From assembly GCA_965153355.1 (NCBI GenBank), contig OZ231126.1:11842001-11906000 (forward strand): DNA of 64,000 bases. The letters are read 5' to 3'. Below, one piece after another: positions 1-45,055 of this stretch. The DNA comes from Flaccisagitta enflata. Its lineage: Eukaryota. A program made the position numbers and the translations under genes. The stretch's first letter is position 1. Each line of letters starts with the position of its first letter. Below the pieces are notes generated by a model that saw only the letters and a list, made by a program, of their open reading frames with translations, made no database searches and was not told the origin of the DNA.

Positions 1-55
1 TTAGATAATTGATAATTCTATTTCGTCATTGCCGTCATGTCTGTGTGTACGGGCA

Positions 56-190
56 TGAGCATGAACGCAAGCATGAACACAAGCATGAGAATAAGGATGA
101 ACACAAGCATGAACACAAGCATGAGAATAAGGATGAACAAAAGCATGAACACAAGCATGAGAACAAGGATGGGTGTAAGCATGAACGAGT
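56..190. repeat. 12/36-bp minisatellite (AAGCATGAACAC / AAGCATGAGAATAAGGATGAACAC variants)
   Basis: Tandem 12-bp subunits visible directly; explains the His/Glu-rich ORF at 9-257. Confidence 0.75.
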
Positions 191-393
191 CCCCCAAATT
201 GGCCACTTCTTCCCACGTAAAAAGAAAATCCCTCATCCGATTTCACATCAACCATGAAATGACTCCACCGACTCCTTGTCAATCTGTTTGTTTTCTGTCA
301 GCCTCTTCATCAACCTGTTTGACGACTGTCAGCCTGTCAGACTCTACATCCTTCGCACATCTGTATGTTATATGTCAGCCTCTTATTTACCCT

Positions 394-2794
<2,401 letters not shown>

Positions 2795-3234
2795 TGTGTG
2801 TAAGTGCGCGTGAGTGCATGTGTGTGTGTTTGTGTGTATGTGTACATTTACAATAATAATTTTTACCAGCCTTCTTTATTCAATGATAGGCTAATTAACT
2901 GGATGACTTTTTTTCTGTTTTTGTTACTGTTACTGCTAGGCCTCTTTTCTTGGCAAGAATATACATAAAAGAGGAGTTTAGAAACAATGACATGGGTCAG
3001 TTAGAACACCGATCAGTCAGTAACAACAACCGGGTTTGTTCTCAGTCACAACAACCGAGTTAGTTCTATACCTGGTAAACGCACCTTTGCCCATTGGGGC
3101 CTCTCAAACGCGTATTGCATACGAAATAAATCATTTGGCCAAGAGAAAGAAGAGAAATGTTTAATTACCTGCGATACAAAATGTCCTTAAAAGGGAATTG
3201 AAAAGTCACCGGACAACGAATGCGTGGGCTGAGA

Positions 3235-3289
<55 letters not shown>

Positions 3290-3410
3290 CGAATGAATGG
3301 GTTTTTGGATTTGTGTTAAATGGCGTTTTTTTTTAAACTACCTGATTAATGATAGTTGAGGGATCTTTTCTGACTTTTTTTTCTTCTTCATGAAATGACC
3401 CATTGTGGAA

Positions 3411-4073
3411 AACAAGGCCTGATACACTGCGGGTGGGCAGGGGCCATGTTTAAGTTCACCATACCATTTGGGCGGGAGCAGTGAGGTCAAAGAAATAATA
3501 TCATAGGAAGAGTAAAGTGTGACCGACCGACCGACCAACCGACCGACGGACAAAGCGGGTTGTAGAGTCGCGTGCACGCGACTAAAAAAGCTACCCCGTC
3601 ACTTATGGCTCATTTTATCGAAGGGTGTTTAGCGAGGAATTACTTGATAGTCTCAGAGAAAAACAAAACTCTCTCTTTGAATGTTGAGATACTTAGATAA
3701 CAAGGCCTACCTTAGTCGCGTGCGGGTGGGCAGGGGCGGCGATAAAAAGCTAAGCGTGACGGACGGACTGACCAACCAACCGACACACAGACCGACCAAC
3801 TGATCGACAGACGGAAAGAGCGGGTTGTAGAGTCGCGTGCACGCGACAAAAAAATATTGTGCGTCTGGCAGAACTTCCGCTTCCGCAAAGCCAGAACTAA
3901 TTTGGTCCGGAACAAGGCCGGATACACGGCAATCCAGTCGCGGACGGTTGGGCAGGAGCAGTGATGCAAAAACCGCTCGGAATTCAAAAATGTGACAGAC
4001 CGACGGACGGACCAACCTACCGACCTACCGACCGACACGGCAAGGTGTAGAGTCGCGTGTCCGCGACTAAAAA
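3411..4073. mobile_element. Cluster of three Helentron/DINE-1-like non-autonomous elements (family A)
   Basis: Copies at ~3411-3588, ~3700-3853 and ~3911-4073 share AACAAGGCC...GGGTGGGCAGG...(GACC/GACG)n...GTAGAGTCGCGTGCACGCGACTAAAA, i.e. terminal hairpin, GTCY microsatellite and stem-loop. Confidence 0.7.
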
Positions 4074-4745
4074 CGTCAGTTATTTAGTCGCAGACATGCG
4101 ACTCAAGAAATTACGTTCTCGGTCAGTCGGTTGGTATGTCCATCCGTAGTTTTTAAAATGGGGAGTGTATATGGCCAGAACGATATAGATATTGTGAAAT
4201 TGTAATATTCATGAGTTTCTTAAAAAAAGTTTAGGAACTTGATCGAGAGACTGAAATTGAAAAGACAAGTGAATTTGATACTGATAGTTATCTACCTTGT
4301 TTTATTGTTTCATCGGTTTTTTTTCTGCAGATGCTCTTTAGGAAGATGAACTACATTATCAACCATCAGTTGTTTTTTTGAAAATCATGGCTCAATTTCA
4401 TCCAGAAGCAAGTGATAGCTCAGGATAGGATAAATAAAATGCGTTTTTGCAACTGGCTGTATATGACTGAAATGGATGTCGTGTGGGTTAAGAATGCGTC
4501 AAGACTGCATACGATACTTGATACAAGGTATGAATCTACTCCTGAGTAGTGAAGTCCCAAAATTAGCCTACCCTTTAAAATGACGTAATGACGTTCACAA
4601 TAAAATGAGAAGGTCGAGATTCAAGTGCCTTTTTTTTGATAGATTGTTACATTACTTAAGTTTCTCTACTTTCTCCCTCTTTTTTAAAAAAAGGGCTGCA
4701 GACATTTAATACTCATGCTATCCCATTTCGGTTTTTATAGACATA

Positions 4746-5302
4746 CAGTAGATCTAGACTTGAGATAACGGGGGCAAGCCTTGTAGAAAAACAAATAAAG
4801 CCAGGGGAGTGATATTTGAAACATAGACTAATAAAGGGATGTTTTATTGCTCATGATAGCTGGTTGCTATGGAAACGCATTTCTATGCCTTTTCACTAAA
4901 ATATCAGTATTTAGAGAAATTTTTTGAGGGAACATTTTTTAAGATTAGATTTCCTACAACTTTCTCACAGTATGTTCTGTAAGAATGTCGCTCGTTTAGC
5001 AGTTGCTAGGGGCTGTCACACATGGATACACTCCTTAACAAGGACCAAACGAGCGACATTCTTACAGAACATACTGTGAGAAAGTATTAGCAAATTTGAT
5101 TTTAAGCAATGTTCCCTGAAAAAATCTCTCAAAACATTGATAGTTTAGCGAGAATTCATAGAAATGTGTTTCCATGGCAACCAGCTATCATTGGGATTTA
5201 ACAACTTTTGATTAATCTATGATCAAAATATCACTCCTGTGCCTTTATTCATCTTTCCAAAATGCTCGCCCCTGTTATCTCAAGTCTAGATGAGATCTAC
5301 TG
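4746..5302. mobile_element. MITE/foldback element with CAGTAGAT termini, TA-flanked
   Basis: TA|CAGTAGATCTAGACTTGAGATAAC ... GTTATCTCAAGTCTAGATGAGATCTACTG|TA with long internal inverted arms; related copies at 31247-31821 and 54410-55924. Confidence 0.85.
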
Positions 5303-6214
5303 TACAACATAAACACTTTTATAATTGCTTCATCAATGCCTTAATTGTGGAGAAAAGTTTAGAGAGGAACTAAGAATCTCTTTGGTTAACACAAAAGCCT
5401 CGCGTTTCGAGGTTGACTGCAGGACGTAAATTGCTCACGAGCCTGGATTGTCTTGCTGCGTGTGGGTGAGCAGGGGCAGCGATGCATCCAAAAAAGAAAA
5501 ACAAAAAGGCTGACCGCCATGACTATTTTGGTCTATTTTGCGTGATCCAGAATTTTTCAACAGAGACAGACTCACTCTCATATATATAGAGTCGCTTTGT
5601 AACAGTCGAAAAAGTGGCGTGCGGACATAGCAACTGACTGATAAAAGGAGTAAGTAAGAAAGTAATGGCACGCTGATCGAGTTTGTGTGTGACCATTTCA
5701 GTTATTAAGGTATAACAATGGACATGTCTTTTGCCTTTTCATCTTTGAACCGATTTAGTCTTGATGTAATTAGTCTTGATGTAGTGATGTTTTGATTTGA
5801 TTAGTCTTTCATTAAAGGTCCAGAAGGCGCTTATCCTACATCCATGGGTCTTTCTGTTTTTCAGTTAGTGTCATTATCATTCATTTCCGTTGAAGGGCAG
5901 TTTATGCCTCATTGACAGTGACTGTTCAAATCCTTGGTAAGCATTTGACATCACAGCCTCAGCCACCTGCACGCAACAAGGTAAACTGTGTCCGTGTTCA
6001 TTTTGTTGTTTGTATAACACGACACTGCATATTCTCTGAGTGATGGGGATCTATTTATAGAAACTGAGACATAGCATTTGGGATCGGCTTGTAGGCGTTG
6101 ATGAAAAAGGTATATTCCTCGGGGAGGATGAGTATATAAAAGATGAAGACATGGATACATCCAAACTAGATAAAAAAACCCATTCGAGGGTTGGACCGCA
6201 AAGCTCGTGCCAAA

Positions 6215-28837
<22,623 letters not shown>

Positions 28838-29444
28838 TCTTGCAAAATATTGATTAAGGAGTTGATCACCGCCTTATAGAACCTATCAAAAAAGTCTTTA
28901 ACAAATCGCAATCATCTGTTTTCCTTTTGATTGATTTTGTTAAAATTTTCAAAGAAACTGTCACAGAATTCCACGTTATTGTAAAACGAAATAAACTTTA
29001 CTCTATTTCTTTCAATTTCCTGTACTGTTATCTGAATTACCTAGACAAGGAATCACAAAAAACTATCCCTGTACAGTTTGGAAATGAATGTCTCCATTCT
29101 CTACTGTACATAAAACAAGGCCGGATACACGGCTACCTTAGTCGCGTGCGGGTGGGCAGGGGCGGCGGAAAAAAGCTAAGCGTGACAGACGGACGGACCA
29201 ACAGACCAACCGACAGACGGACAGAGCGGGTTGTAGAGTCGCGTGCACGCGACTAAAAACTTGTTTGAGAGAGAACGGTTTGTATTGCTCCTGAGTAAGT
29301 CATTTTCGGGATGTAGGGGTAAAGGGGGCACCGGCCCCGAAGGAATTGATTGGGATTTGGGCCACATAGTTGGGATTTGCGCCTTTAAACAATTTAGTTT
29401 CACGAGAGCGCATGCTAAACGAATTAAGCAAAATTTTGCCTTGC

Positions 29445-29521
<77 letters not shown>

Positions 29522-30533
29522 CCTGACTTTATTAACAATTTCCCATCAAAGGTGGATGTCTATTACTATTCAATCTGTCATTGCCGGGTTTCACTAAGTT
29601 TTTCTAAGAAGCAAGCAGTATGGCTGATTTGACAAAGCCGGTTACACGGCTTATCCTGTCGCGCATGCTTGGGCTAGGGCAGTGATACAGGAAGCCACAG
29701 GGGCATTTTGGCACTGATGCTAAAATTGCCCTGAAACGCCAAAATAACGCCTAGATCCAATGAAAGGTATAAAAATGCATACGCCAAGAGGGAATGAGCA
29801 GAGTGCATCTCACCAGGAAGGAGTGAGCGGAGTAAGTGAGCAAGTCCTTGGATTTCTCGTCAAAAAATTCAACATTGAGATGGAGCAAATCACACGCATC
29901 TTTTTGTACTAAAGATTCATACTTTCTAGAGACATACAAAAACGAGTCTATAATGGTGCCTCTATTTGGTTCTATCCGGTATCGAAATGATATGCAAATG
30001 AATGCTATCTTGACACTGATCTAGACAGATGAAAAATGAAAAAGAACCGCGTATACATTGCTTTTTTAAAGCGTTTCTCTTCAGTGCCTGACAATGATTG
30101 ATTGTACAATGGGAAAGCTGATAACAAAAAAAAATGATAATAATTGGACAATGGACAATGGACACGTAAAGAAGAGTGGCACTGCTCAGTGCGCAATGAC
30201 TGATCCGTATCAGATTTGAAAGGAAATTTGCTTGTCACCATATAGCAGTTACTGTCGTCCCAAACATCATAATTACGAAGAAAACAAGGCCGTACACACG
30301 GCCACCTGAGTCACGTGCGGGTGGGCAGGGGCAATGATGATGAAGGCTTACCAAGCATATTTGAAAAGGAGTGGTAATGCAAAAAACGCCTCAAATGCTG
30401 AAAAAGGCAGTGTTAACGACCAACCAACAGACAGTCGAACGTCCGACCTTCCGACGGACATAGCGGGTTATGGAGTCGCGGGCATGCGACTAAGAAGAAC
30501 GCTAAGAAAAAGACTCTTAAATCTTACAATGGA

Positions 30534-31137
30534 ACTAGTCATCCAAGGATCGCACATGGTCAGCGGTACCCGATGCCCTGCTTGGAGTGATCAAGTGAAG
30601 TAGTGGAGAGAGAGCAGGGCAGCGGCCCCAAAGGGCCGATGTCCTGTAGGACACAGGGGGGAATTTCGAGACGTCCTGGGGTATATTAGGTCTGAGAAGA
30701 TGGATAGAAGTCATTAAAGGCGGGTTTGAAGCCTGGAGGGCAGAATTAGGTTTTAAAGAGTAGATTTGAGGTTTGAGGGGCAGGCTTGAGGCCCAGAGGA
30801 CAAATTTGAGGCCTAAAGAGCTGATTTGAGGCCTTGAGGGTGGATTTGGGGTATGGAGGGCTAATTTGAGGTCTGGAGGGCAGATATGAGGTATGGAGAG
30901 CTGATATAAAGTCTCAAGGGCTAAATTGAGGTCTGAAAGGGCTATACAGCCTATTCTGATGGCTCAGAGGGCCAAAATCAGGCTAAAATCAGATCAAAAT
31001 CAGGCTTGAGAGAGCAAAATTGAGGCCAAGGGGGGGGGGACGGAAGGACGGACGGAAGGACGGACGGAAGGACGGACGTCTCAAAATTCCCCCCTGTGTC
31101 CTACAGGACATCGGCCCTTTGGGGCCGCTGCCCAAAA
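30534..31137. mobile_element. Family B interspersed element
   Basis: GGGCAGCGGCCCCAAAGGGCCGATGTCCTGTAGGACACAGGGGG and its inverted copy; 21-bp GATTTGAGGCC repeats; closely similar to 43025-43590. Confidence 0.8.
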
Positions 31138-31246
31138 AGGAGAGGGTGGAACCATAATTGTTCCCGTCATCCAAAAGGGTATTTTACCCTAAATAGAGTG
31201 TCAATATGATATTGTACAATGACTGAGTTGAAATTTTGTCAAGATA

Positions 31247-31821
31247 CAGTAGATGTCGTCTAGACTTGGAAATATGGGGGAATTCACTACAGAAAGACAA
31301 ATATGCTGGAGAGACTGATATTCGAAATATAGGCTAATAAAAAGATGATTTATTGCCTATGGGTGTTGGTTGCCAAGGAAACACATTTCCATGTACTCAC
31401 GCTAAAGTATCAATATTTTCAGAAATTTTTTGAGGGGAAATTGTTTCAAATAAAATTTACAAAAACTTTCCTACAATATGTTTTGTAAGAATATTGCTCG
31501 TTAAGCAGTTGCTAGGGAGCGTTTCTATGTGTGACAGCCCTGTGATGCTTCTTAGCAACCACCAAACAAGCGATGTTTTTACAGAACATATTGTGGGAAA
31601 GTTTTAGCAAATTTTATTTTAAACAATGCTCCCTCAAAAAATTTTTAAAAATATTGACACTTAAGCATAAATATGTGGAAATGTGTTTCCATGGCAACCA
31701 ATATCCATTGGCAATAAAGCATATTTTTTTAAGTTTACATTCCAAATATCAGTCTCTTTAGTTTTTTTTATCTTCCTGTAATGAATTTCCCCGTATTTCC
31801 AAGTCTAGACGACATCTACTG
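31247..31821. mobile_element. CAGTAGAT-family MITE between the two converging 3' ends
   Basis: TA|CAGTAGATGTCGTCTAGACTTGGAAAT ... ATTTCCAAGTCTAGACGACATCTACTG|TA. Confidence 0.88.
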
Positions 31822-31867
31822 TATCAATGTTTATTTCTATTTAGATTTTTTCTTTGCCCACGAGATG

Positions 31868-37738
<5,871 letters not shown>

Positions 37739-39122
37739 CCTTAGTTGTTTGAATTTGTTTTTCTTGGGGGGGGGAGGGCCTGTTTTTGTTTTTTATTTTT
37801 TGTGCTGTTTAGTTTTGTTATTTTTTTTTTTCAAGAACCGCAATGTTAATGCTGTTGGCGGGAGATCAAGCTATGAATTTGATATTGAGAAAATTTGTCT
37901 TTGTGTTTATTTGTGTCTGTGATTGTCACAGTGCACGACTGCTTTTTTCGTTTTTAGTTTTTAGCTGCGGACACGCAACTCTATAAGAGGCTTTGTCCGT
38001 CCGTCGGTCGGTCCGTTGGTCGGTCCGTCGGTCCGTCCGTAACCATCAAGTCGAAAAGTGGGAAAACGCCCCTGCCCACCCGTCCGCAACTGATGGCCGT
38101 GTATCCGGCCTTGTTTATAGTTGCATGTAACCCGCTGTTTATAGTTGCATGTAACCCGCTTTGTCGGGTGGTCGGTTAGTCTGTCTTTCTTGGGCGTTTT
38201 GGTCTCACTGCCCCTAGCCCTGTCCAAATACCCTAGTGACCCTCTTTATATGGTCTTGTTTAGGTACAGTCTTCTTCCGCAATAACGGTACTGAATGCAA
38301 CCACAATTTTATTCGATATCAATTTGTTTCTTAAGTAAAAATTGTTTTTCTTTTCCAAAAGACCAAGTTTCAAGCGGTTTTTTGTTGCAGACAAGCAACG
38401 TTTTAAGAGACTTTGTCCATCGAGCCGGCAATCCGTCAGTCAGAATCAAAGTGGAAAAAACGAGCGTTTAAATGCTTTTTGTGTATGGAGGGGAGCGTGG
38501 GGTATAGATGGAGGTGGGAAGCCCCTTCCCAACCATCCGCAACGATATTGTGACCCGAGTCACTTGTTCCATTACTAATGGATTTGTTGAGCGATTTTTA
38601 ACTGAATCAAGTGAGCTTGAATAATCGCGCGGAAAGATTTTTAAAAGAAAATAATGGCGACACCCCACTGAATTTCTTTTTAATGACTTCTTGATATTAT
38701 TGTGTATGTTAAATGTTCCAGACAATGAGGAAATAACTTAATCGGAAGTGTCTTTTTTAAATCGAATGTTCATGAACCGGTTACGTCTCATGTTAGTGAC
38801 AATCTGATGATTGAGATCTAACTTTTATTTGTGTTTAAATCTATAGTACTTCATAAGATTTTCATTCACTCCCATTTTAGGATAGTTATCATTTTCATCT
38901 TTTTCGACAATAAACAAAGGGGGCTGGACTTTGTATTTCAATAGTATTGAGCGGGGTGATACCAATGAAACCCTAATCATCGAATCACTTTTTGCAATTG
39001 GAATGATATTGAGATAGGTTTAGGTGATACCAAGGAAACACCAATTTTCGGTTTTGATTGCCTCATCTCTTTACACCCACATACGGCGAGGTTACAACAT
39101 TTTCGCTAATGGTTGGGCGGGG

Positions 39123-39942
39123 CTGAGCCCGATCAACAAGTAGGCTAATGAGGCTTAGCCTCAGGCCTCGCGCTTTGGGGGGCCTCGCGCTTTGAGGGGA
39201 AAAAAGAAAAAAAGGGGAAGGAGAGGGGAAAAAAAGAGAAAAGTGGAGGAAAAACGAGAAAAGGGAAGGAAAAAAGAGAAGGGGAAAGAAAAAAAGAGAA
39301 GAGGAAAGACAAAGGTGACAAAAAAGAAAAAAAAGGAGAGTAAAAAGAAGAAGAAAAAGAAGAAGAAAAAAAAAACTGACAAGTTTTTAGACTGAGTAGA
39401 GTTGAAGGCAGATGGTGCCCCTGGTACAAAATTCCAAATCAAGCTCTGGTGCCCGCTTCCACATCAAATCTTATGTCTTTTACAGAAATATAAGATGTGA
39501 ACCCCCTAAATCTGTAGCATTAGTTCAATGATGCAAATTGAAGCTTATGATTATATGAGTCGCGCCACCAGAGCGATTTTGCAATTTCCAATCCAATCTA
39601 AAATTATAGTACACAATCATTGGTTTTATATACTTTTAATAATAGTCAATTTTAATGCTTTATCAAGCTTTATCTTGATTTTAAAGATAAAATAAAAAAA
39701 TCACTCTGGTGACGCCATTCATATTGATATAAAGATTCTTTCTTTACCTTTAGATTATCTATAGTTTAATTAGTGAGGGCTGCAGGTGGGGTGCTACAGT
39801 TTGTTTTAACCTTTTCTCGGTAAAGTGTGTCGTTTTGCCCACCAGTTCATGGCGATATTGTAACCCCATGTCACTTCCTAAAACTACAGGGGCCTCGCGG
39901 CAACCATAGCCTCAGGCCTCGCACATTGTTGATCGGGCCCAG
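39123..39942. mobile_element. hAT-like non-autonomous element
   Basis: TIRs CTGAGCCCGATCAACAA / TTGTTGATCGGGCCCAG; 8-bp TSD GGGCGGGG / GGGCGAGG. Confidence 0.7.
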
Positions 39943-40225
39943 GGGCGAGGGCACATAACCCCCTTCCATAGCCCCTTACACACACACAAAAACACAACCG
40001 TTACATCTGAAATGCGCGTTTGTAAACATATTTTTCAACTCGATCATCATGGGCGGATGGACCGAAGGACTGTTGGACCGACAGGCTGACGCGACGGGCC
40101 AACGGACAGATGCAATCAAGGGATGTTTTAATGTTAAGCATATCATAAACTAGGGACACTTCAATATTTTAAGTGTGGAGGAGTGGTTTAGAAACAATAT
40201 CTTGATTTTTCGTTCTTTTCCCTTT

Positions 40226-40885
40226 TTGGGCAGCGGCCCCAAAGGGGACGAAGTCCTGTAGAACACAGGGGGACTTTTGTTCGTCCGTTCGTTTGTTCAT
40301 TCGTTCGTCCCCCCCTCATCAGGGCCCTCAGGCCTCAAATCTGGTCTCAGAAACCTCGAATCTTGCCTCTCAGGCCTCAAATCTAGCTTCTCAGACCTCA
40401 AATCCAGCCTCTCAGGCCTCAAATCCGGCCTCCCTGGCCTCAAATCCAACCTCTCAGGCCTCAAACCTGGCCTCCCAGGCCTCAAATTAGGCTTCTTAGG
40501 CCTCAAACCTGGCCTCTCAGGCCTAAAATTAGGCCTCTTAGGCCTCAAATCAGCTATCTAAGCCTCAATTTATTGCTCTCAGGCTTCAAATCAGTCCTCT
40601 GACGTTTCAATCCTTAATCCAGCTCTCTAAAGCCTCAAGTCAGCCCTCTAAAGCTTCCAATTAGCATTCTGAGGCCTTATATCAGCCTTCTTAGGCCTCA
40701 GTTTAGGCTCTTGGAGACCTTCAGTAAGCCTTCTCTAGCATCTTATCCACTTCTTCACGCAGGACGAACGAAAGTCCCCCTGTGTTCTACAGGACTTCGT
40801 CCCCTTCGGGGCCGCTGCCCTGCTTCCCCTAACTCCAATTCACAATCACTCAAAGCAGGGCAACGGGTATCGCTGACCACATATT
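40226..40885. mobile_element. Family B interspersed element with 21-bp (CTCAGGCCTCAAATC) array
   Basis: Inverted GGGCAGCGGCCCC..GGGGACGAAGTCCTGTAGAACACAGGGGGACTTT ends. Confidence 0.8.
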
Positions 40886-40928
40886 GCATCTCTATAAGAG
40901 GGTCTGTCCGTCCGTCCGCTGGTACATC

Positions 40929-41410
40929 GCACCGTGGCTAAAAACAACCCCTGACGCAGACCGGGGACCAACCAACCCCTTAATCGACCTAAACCACCAT
41001 CACCGTGGCTAAAAACAACCCCCGACGCAGACCGGGGACCAACCAACCCCTTAATCGACCTAAACCACCATCACCATGGCTAAAAACAACCCCTGACGCA
41101 GACCGGGGACCAACCCCTTAATCGACCTAAACCACCATCACCGTGGCTAAAAACAACCCCCGACGCAGACCGGGGACCAACCAACCCCTTAACCGACCTA
41201 AACCACCATCACCGTGGCTAAAAACAACCCCCGACGCAGACCGGGGACCAACCAACCCCTTAACCGACCTAAACCACCATCACCGTGGCTAAAAACAACC
41301 CCCGACGCAGACCGGGGACCAACCAACCCCTTAACCGACCTAAACCACCATCACCGTGGCTAAAAACAACCCCCGACGCAGACCGGGGACCAACCAACCC
41401 CTTAACCGAC
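40929..41410. repeat. 71-bp C-rich tandem repeat, ~6.7 copies
   Basis: CACCGTGGCTAAAAACAACCCCCGACGCAGACCGGGGACCAACCAACCCCTTAACCGACCTAAACCACCAT at 40930, 41001, 41072, 41139, 41210, 41281, 41352. Confidence 0.92.
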
Positions 41411-42967
41411 TTACACTTTGATATCATTCCCAACTCCTTTATTGGCTGGTCTCCGGTCAACGTCCCTCCCACCTCCAGATTTGAATTTTGTTATTTGTTT
41501 GCTGCCTTGGTCATTATCAAATTTTTTATGATGATTACCATGTAGTCAATACTCACTAGTTAGATCATCATTCCAGGTGTTAAGTTGTCTGTTTTTGCGA
41601 TAGGACAGTATCATGTTTTTTATCAAGGAAATTTCTACCAGTAATGGCGGCTGTCGCCGTGAGGAAAAAAGTCGTAAGGGTTGTTCACTTTTCACCATGC
41701 TTTTGTCTTCAGTCATTGCAACTTTTTTTATTTGTTAGATCCAATTAAGAGCAATATTATGTATGGGTTGCACTGTGCCAAATGAGCTAGATGAGCTAAA
41801 ATATTCAAAATCACTCTACCAGACAACCAGCTATGCTTACAGACATGCTTTCTTGGATTTGCATGCTTAAATCAAAACATTTATTCATTTCTTCATTTAT
41901 CGGTTTTGAAATCAGAAAAAAAGAGCAAGCTAAATGAGCTAAATGAGCTAGAATACTTAAAAACAACCTCACAGATGAGCAGCTCTGCTCACTGATATGC
42001 TGTCTTGTATTTGCTTGCTTAAACATCTATCAATATATTTGCTCATTTATCGCATTTGAAATCAGTAAAAAAAGTGAGCTAAGTGAGCTAAAATGCTCAA
42101 AATCACCCTTACACATGAGCAGCTATGCTCATAAACATGTTTTCTTATATTTGCCTGCTCAACCAAACTTAGATACACTCCTTTATTGATCCTACACAAA
42201 ATCATAAAAAATCGAAAAAAATTAAATTTGAATTTTTCGTAAATAAATCTTTAAAATTCGTAGCGCGAAAAATATTTGTCCCAGAGACTTCTGCTTGGCG
42301 CCAAATTGAAGAGAATTATCAAATTTACTTACCCTATCAATTTCGTTTGAGGGCTCATTCGGTCGATCGTTTCCCTCAACTTCCCCATAAGAAAATGAAA
42401 ACCCTGTTTCTCTCGAATATGTCAAAAAGTCGAAGACTGACTTCGACTTTTTTCCCGATCACAGTTTTTGACTCTTTCCTCTACCTTATATGATTTTCAT
42501 TAGATAACAATATGCAAATGGCTTCAAGTTGTTCGCTGTTTTGACCGTATTTTACTGATTTACTCTCTGTTGGTTGGTCAATTCGTCATGCTCGCGTGAT
42601 TGCAGGAAATGTTTAAAATCATATGAGAACTAATCATTATTCACTATTCACTATTCATGTACGATTAGGTCGCATTGAGCTTGGGATAGGTCTGACAGAG
42701 CTCGGAATGGGTCAAAGAATTCATGTTTCTTCTCATTTCACTCCTTATCATAACGCGCATATCCGCCCCTGCCCACCCGTCTGCAACTGGTGGCCGTGTA
42801 TCCGGCCTTGTTCTTTGTCTTTCTCTGTCTGTCCGAATTAATAACGCCAGCACACTCTCTTGGCCCATGTATCCGGCCATCTTTTCTAGCAGGTGATGGT
42901 CGCAATTATTGATCTTTCTTAGGTTTTACGCCCAAAAAGAGTGAATCTGCCCTGTTTTTAACCAAAA

Positions 42968-43710
42968 CAAGGCCGGATACACGGCTACCAAAGTCGCGTG
43001 CGGGTGGGCAGGGGCAGTAATAAACTAGTCATCCAAGGATCGCACATGGTCAGCGGTACCCGATGCCCTGCTTGGGGTGATCAAGTGAAGTAGTGGAGTG
43101 AGAGCAGGGCAGCGGCCCTTTAGGGCCGCTGCCCTGTAGGACACAGGGGGGAATTTCCAGACGTCCTGAGGGGGAATATAGCAGGCCTAAGAGGTAATTG
43201 AGGCGGGGTTTGAGGTCTGGGGGCAGGCCTTATGCCTTGGGGGCAGATTTGAGGCCTGGAGGGCTGATTTGGGGCCTGGAATGCTGATTTGAGGTCTGGA
43301 GAGCGGATTTGAGGACTGGAGAGCTGATATGATGCCTTGAGAGCTAATTTGAGGCCTGGAGGGCTGATTTGAGGCCCGGAGAGCTGATTTGAGGCCTGGA
43401 GGGCTAATTTGAGGGCTTAAAGGGCCTAAATCAGGCCTGAGAGTGAGGATATGAGGCCTCGATGGCCAACCGGGGGGGGGGACGGACGGAAGGACGGACG
43501 GAAGGGCGGACGGAAGGACGGACGGACTGATGTCTGGAAATTCCCCCCTGTGTCCTACAGGACATCGGCCCTTTGGGGCCGCTGCCCAAAAAGGCTGACT
43601 CAAGCATTTGGGCAGGAGCAGTAACCCAAAAACCGCCCATTATGCCAAAAAAAACTAACGCGGATGGACCAATGGACTTACCGAACAACGGACATAGCGG
43701 GTTATAGAGT
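42968..43710. mobile_element. Family A element interrupted by a family B element (43025-43590)
   Basis: Family A start at 42968, resumes ~43592 and ends AGAGTCGCGTGAACGCGACTAAAA. Confidence 0.75.
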
Positions 43711-44512
43711 CGCGTGAACGCGACTAAAAAAGGAAAAAAGGAAAAAGAAAAAAAAAGAAAAAAGGGAAAAAAGAAAGGAAGAATAAACAAACAGACAAAC
43801 AGACGAACAAACTACCACGCAAATAAAAAAAAAGACGCACCGCACTATTAAATGGTTAATTTAGCCAATAAATCTTCAAAAAAACTATAGAAGATCTTAG
43901 GTCATTTTGAAGCTCTTTGAAGGTACTTTCATTTGGCGCCAATCTGGTATTGCCATCTTTTTTCGTTTAGAAATGGCATCAGTTTGAGTAAAAACGTTGC
44001 CTATTTCAGTTTCGCAATCCCTATGAAAAAGTGCATTTTAGCAAAATAGTGCTTCTCTTTGTAGAGCTCTAGCTCCTAAAACGTTTGAGATACAGGTCTG
44101 GGATTGGTCTAGGATGAAAGATTTTTTGAAAACCTTTCAAAATATCTTTCTTGAAAGCAACGACAATGACGGTAAACATATGTATAGTACAAGCATCGAA
44201 TCGTCAACGTTGGAAATTCCAACTTGGGAATTGTTTAAAGACTTATGTGATGACTAATTGAAGGAAGACAATGCCCATTCGATTTCCCAATATGGGCTGA
44301 CTGACATGACAAAATGAGTGTGCTTCCGATTCAACGACCTAACGAACAAATAATCAAATGAACAAACAAACGAAAAAAACAAACGGACAGACGAACAAAC
44401 GCACAAACGAGCAAACGGACCGCGCCTGGGAAAATGGGATATAGAAGACGCTCAGCGTATTGCGTAGGCGCTGTGGACCTCATGTGGAGTTGGTTAGCGA
44501 TTCCTGTTGGAG

Positions 44513-45055
<543 letters not shown>

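Noticed and set aside
9-257. His/Glu-rich ORF (HEHKHENKDE) resembling ZIP-transporter His tracts
   Set aside because: Fully explained by a 12/36-bp minisatellite open in several frames; no splice or domain support visible.
4331-5936. Additional upstream laccase coding exons (4472-4528, ~5896-5936)
   Set aside because: Splice-like sites exist but encode no signal peptide; 6215-6299 gives a better start. They may be 5' UTR exons, but this is unsupported.
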